Assembly (NCBI GenBank): GCA_020636005.1
Contig: JACJYR010000006.1
Span: 191,723-255,722, forward strand
Length of the DNA: 64,000 bases
From: Lewinellaceae bacterium
GTDB taxonomy: Bacteria; Bacteroidota; Bacteroidia; Chitinophagales; Saprospiraceae
Direction of reading: 5' to 3'
Shown: positions 19,529 through 27,799 of the stretch, piece after piece
Layout of the letters: each line of letters starts with the position of its first letter
How positions within the stretch are numbered: position 1 is the stretch's first letter
Notes under the pieces: model-generated
Told to the model about the DNA's origin: nothing
Seen by the model: the letters and a program-made list of their open reading frames with translations, nothing else
Databases searched by the model: none
Translations under genes and position numbers: made by a program

Positions 19529-19559
19529 AAAATTTCTGTTCAACAGAAAAAAATGAACA

Positions 19560-22500
19560 ATGAAAAAAATTCTATCAATTGTTTCGCTGGTTTCTTCTTT
19601 GTTATCAAACCAGGCTATTTCTCAATGTCCACCGCCCGGCTATCCCCCAACAGGGGACATCTGCACGCTGGCACCCACTCTTTGCACCGACCTTAATGGT
19701 TATTGTGCCACACTTGGCACAAACAACGTTCAGGTCCCGCTCCCCGGATGCCCCGGGAACGTATTGAACAATGACGAGTGGTTCAGTTTTATTGCCGGCA
19801 CACAAACCATAACCTTGGAAGTGATCCCGTCGAACTGCCAAAACCTGAACGGGCAGATAGGCATGCAAGGTGCAGTTTACGAGGGCGGTTGCAATGGCCC
19901 CGCCATTGCAACCCAGTGCAATTGCACAGATAACCCATTCCAACTGTCTTCCAATAGTTTTATCGTAGGCCAGGCTTACTATGTGGTTTTTGATGGTTGT
20001 GCAGGAGATATTTGCGATTTTCAAGTCAATGTGCTTGCCGGGTCAACTTTGCCAGTACCGCCAGGCAATCCAGGCCCAGTATCCGGCCCTACCCAGGTTT
20101 GCCCCGGTGCAACTACCTCGTATTCTATCCCTAATCCCAATGCAGCAACTTACACCTGGACGATAAACCCTCCTGGCATCGGTTCTTTTTCTTCTTTGCC
20201 GGAAGGGGGGATCGTTGATGTAACCTGGAATACTACCGGTACAGCAACTATTTGTGTCACTGCTTCCAACCCGTGTCTTACCAATCCCAATCCTTCCTGT
20301 ATCACGGTTACCTCGGCCAACCTTCCCCAAGGCAGCGATACTTATGATTTATGTGTCGGTGATTGTGTGACATGCGCCGGCATGTTGTTTTGCGCCCCTA
20401 CCCCACCAGTCGGCACACCGGTCACGCTCACCTCATGGTTAGGCTGCGACAGTATCATCGTTTGCCATATCAACGGCATTCCGCCCATCCAGACCAATTT
20501 GGGGCAAATAGAGTTCTGTGGGCCCTCTGCCTACCAGGTCTGCAATGAGGTGTACCTGGAATCGGGAATTTACTACACAGACTGCACCAGCTATCAGGGC
20601 TGCGACAGCACGGTCATTGTGGACCTCGCCATCTTCGAACCGGAGGCAATTATCAACACCCCCGTCCCGGTGCTGGGTTGCGGAGCAAATGCTTCTGTTA
20701 TTCTAAATGCCTCCAATTCGCCCTTGGCGCTCAACCCGGGAGCCACCAATACATTCCTTTGGACGGGGCCAGGCATTGTCGGCTCGGCAAACGATATTGT
20801 GGTCACAGTTAACCAACCCGGCCAATATTGTTTCACCATCACCCACCAAAGAAACGGCCTGCAATGTTCTGATATGGCTTGTGTGACAGTCACGCAAAAC
20901 GCTGCCGTCCCTCAGGTACCCCAAATAAACGGAAACGCTTCCCCCTGCCAGGGCACTTCGGCCAATTATACGGTTACGCCAGTAGGTACACCGGCGCCCA
21001 CTGGCTACACCTGGACAACCCCAAATGGCGAACCGATCACCCAGGTAAACCCCACTACTATTTCCGTTCAGTGGAACAATGCGACGGGCGGACAACTGTG
21101 CGTAACCGCCAATAATGGTTGCGGCCCATCAAGTCCGGCCTGTTTCGTCGTGAATGTGCAAGCCGCTCCGGTGGTTCCCATCATTAACGGGCCGGCTTCA
21201 GCTTGTGCGAACAATCAAGCACAGAATTATACCGTCACCAACGTTCAACCTGGGGTTACCTATTCCTGGACTGTGCCTCCAGGTGCTTCTTATAGTGGCT
21301 CAGGTTCAAGTATCGCCGTGAACTTCAATGGCGCCACTCCGGGCACAGGCCAGGTTTGCGCAACAGCAATGAATGCCTGCGGCACCAGCCAGCCTGGCTG
21401 TACTTCCGTTACTGTTACCGGCATTCCTGCTACCCCAACACTAAATGGCCCCGCCACAGTTTGTTCCAGCGGAGGAACCTATACCTATTCTGTTGGAAGC
21501 CCGGTGGCAGGGATCACGTATAACTGGACAGCCCCGCCAGGTGCCACCATAAACGGCACCGGTTCCAGTGTGACAATAGACTTCAACGGCGCAAGCAATG
21601 GGCAAGTCTGTGTTTCTGCCGGAAACGCCTGCGGTACGAGTAACCAGGCTTGCCAGACGGTACAGGTAGTTCAGGCACCCATGGCTACTATCAGTGGAAG
21701 TGGGTCATTTTGTGCTGGAGTCACTGCAAATATCAACCTGACCATCAACGTCACTGGCACAGGCCCCTGGGATGTTGGATACAGCTTAAATGGTGGTGCC
21801 CCAACCATGGTGACCATCCAAACAAGTCCTTACACTTTACAGGTAAGCCAGGCTGGCACGTACACCATAACCAGTGTCTCCGGTGGGGGCAACTGCCCCG
21901 GCACGTTCAGCGGCACAGCAACGGTGACAGAAAACCCTGCCCCTACCGCCACCCTGAGCGGTAATGGCAGCATCTGCCAGGGCAGCGGGCAGCAATTTCC
22001 ACTAAATATTGCCCTGACCGGCACTGCCCCCTGGACAGTAAACTGGCAGGTGGGCGCCAATGCCCAGGCACCCTTAACCATCAATGCGTCACCTTTTACC
22101 CTCAACATTGGGCAATCACAAGCAGGCAGCATTTCCCTGACAGGCGTCACGGATGGCAACCAATGTACCGGCACTGTTTCCGGCACAGGAACCGTTACCG
22201 TCAACACCGCACCCACTGTGAGCATGGTTTCAACCGAATGTGACCCGACCAACGTGGAATACACGGTAACCTTTACTATCAATGGAGGTGATCCCGCAAG
22301 CTACTCGGTGACGCCCCCCAATGGGCAATTGAACAACGGTGTTTTTGTCAGCAATCCAATTCCGACAGGGGATGGGTATTCCTTTGTGGTAAATGACGCC
22401 AACGACTGCAACCCAGTTACGGTGTCCGATAACGCTGTAATTTGCAACTGCACCACCGCAGCAGGAAGCATGGATCTGACCCCCTTTGAAATTTGTGGAG

Positions 22501-25500
22501 ATGGGCCAGAAACCATTCCTTACGATACGACCGGACAGGCTTTCGATGGGGATGATGTCCTTGTTTATATCCTTCATTCAGGTAACAGTGTAAACGTGGT
22601 AGCCCCTGTTTATTCCGTTTCGGTCAACCCTGATGTCATGTTCATCCCGGCTAGTATGACATACGGAACCACTTATTACTTATCCGCCGTGGTAGGAAAT
22701 GACGATGGTGCCGGCGGTGTTGACCTCGACGATCCGTGCCTGGCTGTAGCACAGGGGACTCCTGTAACTTTCAATGAAATTCCAACCGCCACCCTGAGCG
22801 GCAACCCCTCCATCTGTGATGGGGATAATGCGACGCTGACAGTTGATTTCACAGGTGAAGGCCCCTGGAGTATCATTTACGAAGATGGGAATGGAAACTC
22901 CCAAACCGTAAATGGTATCACCAGCAACCCCTATTCGCTGGTCGTCAATCCGACTTCAACAACCACTTTCTGTCTCACAGGGCTAAATGATTCGAATTGT
23001 CCCGGTACTTTTAGTGGTTGTTCCGATGTCACGGTTAATTCAGGGGTTGGCTATACCAACCTGATGGTGGCTTGCAACGCAACCAGCACGGCGTACACTG
23101 TTTCATTTACCATCACAGGTGGCGACCCCGCCTCGTATTTTGTCACGGGCGTTACAGGGACTATCAACATTGACCAATTCACCAGCAACCCAATCCCTGC
23201 GGGCAGCGGCTATAATTTAATGGTTAACGACGCAAATGGATGCGATCCCCAAACCATTTCCCAGTCGCAAATTATATGTAATTGCTCTACTGACGCAGGC
23301 GAGATGGTGCTGTCCCTTCTGGAGGAATGTGGCGATGGGCCAATAACGGCAGATACTTTGGTGGCACCCACTTTAGATGGTGACGACGTAGTTGGTTATT
23401 ATTTGCATACCAACTCAGGAACGAACTTAGGCACTGTCATCGCAACGAACAGCACACCATCATTCAGCTTTGATGCAAATACAATGTCTTACGGGACAAC
23501 CTACTATATTTCATCTGTGGTAGGAAACGACAACGGATCTGGTGGGGTAGATCTTGGAGACCCTTGCCTTTCTGTGGCGCCAGGTACGCCAGTGGTCTTT
23601 TACGAAGTGCCCACTGCCAGCATGAGCGGCTCTGCTGAAATTTGCCCTGGTGAATCAGCAGAACTAATGATAGCACTGACAGGTGACTCTCCCTGGTCAG
23701 TCACCATCAATGGCCAGGTCATCAACAACATTGTCGGGACGCCTTATGCCTACACCGTGAATCCTGGCACCACTACCGATTACCTGCTTACATCGGTCAG
23801 CGACGAACACTGCACCAATACAGCCACAGGTACAGAAACGATTACCGTCCACAACCCGCCAGCCATCGCCGGTGTGGATGTTGCCTGCAACGCAACAGGC
23901 ACCGCCTATACTGTTTGTATAGATATATTAAATGGCGACCCCTCGTGTTATTCGGTCACGCCCAATACTGGCACCTTAACAGGGAGCCAGTTTTGCAGCG
24001 ATGAAATACCGTCGGATCAACTTTTCACTTTTCAGGTGAGCGATTGCCACGGCTGCCCGCCCGATGTAGTGCAGGACTCTGCCATTTGCAACTGTTTGTC
24101 CGCAGCGGGAAACATGGTACCCGATACTTTGTCTGTTTGTGGAAACGCCATGGCCGTGGCAACTTACGACACTACTGGGCAATTCCTGGATGCTGACGAT
24201 GCACTTTGCTATATTCTTCATGCAGGCAACAGCAACAACCCGATTGCAACCAATTCGAATGCACCGTCATTTGCCTTCAATGCTGCCACTATGAGCTACG
24301 GCCAGACCTATTATATATGTGCCGTCGTGGGCAACAACAATGGCAGTGGCTGTGTAAATTTAAGCGACCCTTGCAAAGATGTAGGGGGTTGCGCCCTGGT
24401 GACCTTTCACGCTGTCCCAACTGCTACACTTTCGGGAAACACCAGCATTTGCAGTGGCCAGACTACCGACCTGTCCGTCACCCTCACTGGGGCCGGTCCC
24501 TGGAACTTTATTTATCAAAATGCGGCCGGAAACCCCGTACCCGTCACTGCTACCAGCAGCCCCTGGCCCATCACGGTGATGCCATCCTCTTCCAATGTTT
24601 ATACCTTGATGAGTTTGCAGGATAATTTCTGCCCAGGCACCGTAAGTGGAAGCGTACTGGTCAATGTGAACACTCCACCACAGATTGTCAATGAAACCTA
24701 CACCTGCGATGCATCTGCACTCAACTACACGGTTTCTTTTGAAATAATCGGGGGCGACCTGGCCAGCTATACTGTCGAGCCTGCCGGTTCGGGTACTTTA
24801 AACGGCAATATTTTTACCAGCAACCCAATCGGCGATAATCTTCCTTTTACTTTCGAAGTGGATGATGTCAACAATTGCGGCCCAGCCGTGCTTAGCGATG
24901 TACACGACTGCGAATGCCTGACAGATGCCGGTTCTTTTTCCAATATCTCCCTGGTTGGCGTTTGTCTGGATGAAACATTGACCATCAGTGCCACATTGAC
25001 TGGTACCGTGCTCGACCCGGACGACAACCTCGTTTATGTGCTGCGTACCAACAACGGCACTACCCTGGGGACCGTGTTAGCCTCAAGTTCCACCCCATCG
25101 TTCGATTTCATACCTGGCACCCTGACGCCCGGTGTACAATATTTTGTCAGTGCCGTAGCCGGCAACAGCGATGGATCGGGTGGCGTGGATTTCAACGACA
25201 ATTGCCTTGACGTATCGCCCGGTATCCCCGTCATCTTTTATGCCTTGCCCACTATCAACATCAGTGGTACAACGGCCATCTGCGAAGGAGACACTGCCAC
25301 CGTGGCCATCACCCTGACCGGCTCGCCGCCATTTGATGTCGAATACCTCCTCAATGGTATCCCACAGCAGGTCACACTGCCAGTCAATTCTTTAGCACTT
25401 GCTTTATCGCCGCCTGCATCTACTACCGTCATGCTTGTTTCGGTTACTGACGGCAACGGTTGCTCCAACTCGTCCTCACAAAGTGCAACTATTACGGTCA

Positions 25501-26780
25501 ACCAACCCGTAGAAGCGGGTGTGCCGCTCGATCCAATTGCTTTCTGTGCAGGTAGCAATCAATCAATTGATTTGGACGCCCAATTGACAGGTGCTGATCC
25601 TGGGGGTGCCTGGACTGACCAGAACGGCAACGCTATTCCAGGCGGGAACCTTAGCACAGGTTCGCTGGCTGCCGGAGATTATAGCTACACTTACTTCCTG
25701 GATGCAGCGGCGCCCTGCCCCGACGATCAAGCTACCGTTTTGATGACCATCCACCCGCAGCCGGAAGCCGATGCGGGCCAAAACCAGCAAATTACCTGCG
25801 ACGTGGTGCAGGTTACCCTGGGTGGTAATGGAACATCCCCAAATGTGAATTATACTTGGACAGGTGGTAATGTGAGCGACCCGGCCATCGCCAACCCAAA
25901 CACGACTGTTCCCGGTACCTACACGCTGACAGTCTCCAATGACTTTGGCTGCTCAGATTCCGATGTCGTCACGATTGGCCAATCCGTTACCATGCCTGAG
26001 CCATACTTTTCAGGAGTCCCTGTCAGTTGTTTTGGGGAGGAGGACGGCTTTATCGTATTGGACAGCATTATAGGTGGCAACCCTCCCTATCTGTTTTCCT
26101 TCAATAACGGTCCTTTTGTGGCGCAGCAGCAGTTTACCAGTTTGGCGCCTGGCAGCTATCTTATCGAAGTTGAAGACAACTCAGGCTGCATGGGTGAAGC
26201 AACCATAACCATTGACGAACCTGCTGAAGTAACGGTCAAGATCATGGGTGACTTCGCCAGCAGTGATCCGGTCATTTTGTTGGGGGAATCCACAACGCTC
26301 AGCCTGGAGTCAACTCCACCCTATTTTGAACTGGACACTGTTATCTGGGCTCCCATTGGCATCGATTCCTGCCGCAACTGCGAGCGGATTACGATTGCCC
26401 CTGTGGAGCAGACTTTTTACAAAGTGCTGGTGGAGAAAAATGGCTGCGACGCCGAAGCCGGCCTTACGGTTTTTGTGAAAAAAGAGCGCCCCATCTTTGC
26501 ACCAAACGTTTTTTCGCCAAACGAAGACGGGGTGAACGACGTCTTCCGCATTTTTGGCGGATCCAGTGTGGCCAACATCAAGTCGTTCCTGATCTTCAAC
26601 CGTTGGGGGGAAACTGTGTATGAATATTACAATATGGATCCACAAGACCCAATGCTTGGCTGGGATGGGTATTACCGCGGCAAAAAGCTCAATCCAGCCG
26701 TCTTTACCTGGTTCGCCGATATAGAGTTTAAAGATGGTTCGTCCGAAATTTACGAAGGGGATGTTATTTTGATGAAGTAA
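19560..26780 (+). CDS. Giant (2406 aa) modular cell-surface adhesin-like protein with a T9SS type B C-terminal sorting domain
   Basis: It has a signal peptide (MKKILSIVSLVSSLLSNQAISQ), many Cys-framed Ig/PKD-like modules and one SprB-type repeat (VSCFGEEDGFIVLDSIIGGNPPYLFSFNNGPF...LAPGSYLIEVEDNSGC). The C-terminus reads FSPNEDGVNDVFRIFG...FNRWGETVYE...GWDG.... Confidence 0.85.
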   Translation: MKKILSIVSLVSSLLSNQAISQCPPPGYPPTGDICTLAPTLCTDLNGYCATLGTNNVQVPLPGCPGNVLNNDEWFSFIAGTQTITLEVIPSNCQNLNGQIGMQGAVYEGGCNGPAIATQCNCTDNPFQLSSNSFIVGQAYYVVFDGCAGDICDFQVNVLAGSTLPVPPGNPGPVSGPTQVCPGATTSYSIPNPNAATYTWTINPPGIGSFSSLPEGGIVDVTWNTTGTATICVTASNPCLTNPNPSCITVTSANLPQGSDTYDLCVGDCVTCAGMLFCAPTPPVGTPVTLTSWLGCDSIIVCHINGIPPIQTNLGQIEFCGPSAYQVCNEVYLESGIYYTDCTSYQGCDSTVIVDLAIFEPEAIINTPVPVLGCGANASVILNASNSPLALNPGATNTFLWTGPGIVGSANDIVVTVNQPGQYCFTITHQRNGLQCSDMACVTVTQNAAVPQVPQINGNASPCQGTSANYTVTPVGTPAPTGYTWTTPNGEPITQVNPTTISVQWNNATGGQLCVTANNGCGPSSPACFVVNVQAAPVVPIINGPASACANNQAQNYTVTNVQPGVTYSWTVPPGASYSGSGSSIAVNFNGATPGTGQVCATAMNACGTSQPGCTSVTVTGIPATPTLNGPATVCSSGGTYTYSVGSPVAGITYNWTAPPGATINGTGSSVTIDFNGASNGQVCVSAGNACGTSNQACQTVQVVQAPMATISGSGSFCAGVTANINLTINVTGTGPWDVGYSLNGGAPTMVTIQTSPYTLQVSQAGTYTITSVSGGGNCPGTFSGTATVTENPAPTATLSGNGSICQGSGQQFPLNIALTGTAPWTVNWQVGANAQAPLTINASPFTLNIGQSQAGSISLTGVTDGNQCTGTVSGTGTVTVNTAPTVSMVSTECDPTNVEYTVTFTINGGDPASYSVTPPNGQLNNGVFVSNPIPTGDGYSFVVNDANDCNPVTVSDNAVICNCTTAAGSMDLTPFEICGDGPETIPYDTTGQAFDGDDVLVYILHSGNSVNVVAPVYSVSVNPDVMFIPASMTYGTTYYLSAVVGNDDGAGGVDLDDPCLAVAQGTPVTFNEIPTATLSGNPSICDGDNATLTVDFTGEGPWSIIYEDGNGNSQTVNGITSNPYSLVVNPTSTTTFCLTGLNDSNCPGTFSGCSDVTVNSGVGYTNLMVACNATSTAYTVSFTITGGDPASYFVTGVTGTINIDQFTSNPIPAGSGYNLMVNDANGCDPQTISQSQIICNCSTDAGEMVLSLLEECGDGPITADTLVAPTLDGDDVVGYYLHTNSGTNLGTVIATNSTPSFSFDANTMSYGTTYYISSVVGNDNGSGGVDLGDPCLSVAPGTPVVFYEVPTASMSGSAEICPGESAELMIALTGDSPWSVTINGQVINNIVGTPYAYTVNPGTTTDYLLTSVSDEHCTNTATGTETITVHNPPAIAGVDVACNATGTAYTVCIDILNGDPSCYSVTPNTGTLTGSQFCSDEIPSDQLFTFQVSDCHGCPPDVVQDSAICNCLSAAGNMVPDTLSVCGNAMAVATYDTTGQFLDADDALCYILHAGNSNNPIATNSNAPSFAFNAATMSYGQTYYICAVVGNNNGSGCVNLSDPCKDVGGCALVTFHAVPTATLSGNTSICSGQTTDLSVTLTGAGPWNFIYQNAAGNPVPVTATSSPWPITVMPSSSNVYTLMSLQDNFCPGTVSGSVLVNVNTPPQIVNETYTCDASALNYTVSFEIIGGDLASYTVEPAGSGTLNGNIFTSNPIGDNLPFTFEVDDVNNCGPAVLSDVHDCECLTDAGSFSNISLVGVCLDETLTISATLTGTVLDPDDNLVYVLRTNNGTTLGTVLASSSTPSFDFIPGTLTPGVQYFVSAVAGNSDGSGGVDFNDNCLDVSPGIPVIFYALPTINISGTTAICEGDTATVAITLTGSPPFDVEYLLNGIPQQVTLPVNSLALALSPPASTTVMLVSVTDGNGCSNSSSQSATITVNQPVEAGVPLDPIAFCAGSNQSIDLDAQLTGADPGGAWTDQNGNAIPGGNLSTGSLAAGDYSYTYFLDAAAPCPDDQATVLMTIHPQPEADAGQNQQITCDVVQVTLGGNGTSPNVNYTWTGGNVSDPAIANPNTTVPGTYTLTVSNDFGCSDSDVVTIGQSVTMPEPYFSGVPVSCFGEEDGFIVLDSIIGGNPPYLFSFNNGPFVAQQQFTSLAPGSYLIEVEDNSGCMGEATITIDEPAEVTVKIMGDFASSDPVILLGESTTLSLESTPPYFELDTVIWAPIGIDSCRNCERITIAPVEQTFYKVLVEKNGCDAEAGLTVFVKKERPIFAPNVFSPNEDGVNDVFRIFGGSSVANIKSFLIFNRWGETVYEYYNMDPQDPMLGWDGYYRGKKLNPAVFTWFADIEFKDGSSEIYEGDVILMK

Positions 26781-26800
26781 AACACGAGCCAGCCCCGATT

Positions 26801-26890
26801 AAGCAGGCAGGCTAAATTATTAGATACAACTGGTGTTGTTTGAAATAGAAGATTCAAGTGAGTAAATGGTTGGATAGTCGCTTGGTCACA
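26801..26890 (+). repeat. Dispersed repeat family 2, copy A (starts 21 nt after the stop of 19560..26780)
   Basis: The sequence aagcaggcaGGCTAAATTATTAGATACAACTGGTGTTGTTTGAAAT...TAAATGGTTGGATAGTCG aligns with 42008..42125 and 61065..61172. Confidence 0.6.
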
Positions 26891-27044
26891 GCTTTGCCAT
26901 CGGCTTTCCCGGCTTCCGGCATGGGACAAGCTCTTGAGAATCCGACTCATGGCGTACACCCTTGCTTTGGCTAACACTCCTCGCTGCCAACCGTGTAGCG
27001 GACCTGCTGCGCCAAGTTATTGCTCTTGCCGGGCACACTAAAGA

Positions 27045-27078
27045 AAAGCCCTTGCCGAACAGATCGGCAAGGGCTTTT
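27045..27078. terminator. Bidirectional rho-independent terminator downstream of the 27101..27547 lipoprotein gene
   Basis: The sequence aaaaGCCCTTGCCGAacagaTCGGCAAGGGCtttt has a perfect 11-bp stem with A and T runs on either side. Confidence 0.6.
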
Positions 27079-27100
27079 ATGCTTTTGATAGGGATGCAGA

Positions 27101-27547
27101 TTAAGGATGGCCAAAAGTAGCCGTCCAGTTGTAGTTTAAAGTCCCATCATTATAAAGAAATTTCACCTTTAAGGTACTGTTGCTAATCTCCAGGATGTCC
27201 TGGCTGTCATCATCAACGGTCAACACCTTTTCGTCTGAACTAAGCAACCAAGTACCCGATGTCGTCTGTGGATCAGAAGGATCGCATTTGGTTGCACCTT
27301 CATCGAAGACTACTTTATTATCATCTTTGAAGAAGGTGATGTCGTCCTTGAAACAATTGTCGTATTGCGCAAAAACATCAGTTACTTGAACCCCCAAAAT
27401 ATTGATGGCAGGATCCGATACGAGGGATTTTAATACCCAGCCTTTGTCGCTTTTCAGAAGATCGGCTACGGATGCATCATCTTTTGAGCAAGATGCGAAA
27501 GAAACAACCGCTATGGCGGCCAGATACAGGAAATAATTCTTTTTCAT
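27101..27547 (-). CDS. Lipocalin-like-domain lipoprotein
   Basis: It has a lipobox (AVVSFASCSKDD) followed by the pattern KGWVL......C..DDI.FF.D.....DEG...C......TSGTW.L, typical of small Bacteroidota lipocalin-like lipoproteins. Confidence 0.65.
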   Translation of the reverse strand: MKKNYFLYLAAIAVVSFASCSKDDASVADLLKSDKGWVLKSLVSDPAINILGVQVTDVFAQYDNCFKDDITFFKDDNKVVFDEGATKCDPSDPQTTSGTWLLSSDEKVLTVDDDSQDILEISNSTLKVKFLYNDGTLNYNWTATFGHP

Positions 27548-27799
27548 AAATGAATGATTAGTTGGTTAAATAATACGAAACAATAAGCTCAAAACGAGGG
27601 CTAAAATGGTTTCGCTGCTGCGAAATTAGCTTTTTTTTAACGCTGAACGATAGCCTGGCCCCGGCTACTGCCACTTTAATCCACCACCCCTTTGTGATTT
27701 GAAAAAAAACCAATAGCTTTCCTACGCTAAGAATTCCTCCAAATCATTATATTTTACCAATGGTCTTTCAGGTCATTAACTGGATAAGTTCATTGGCCA

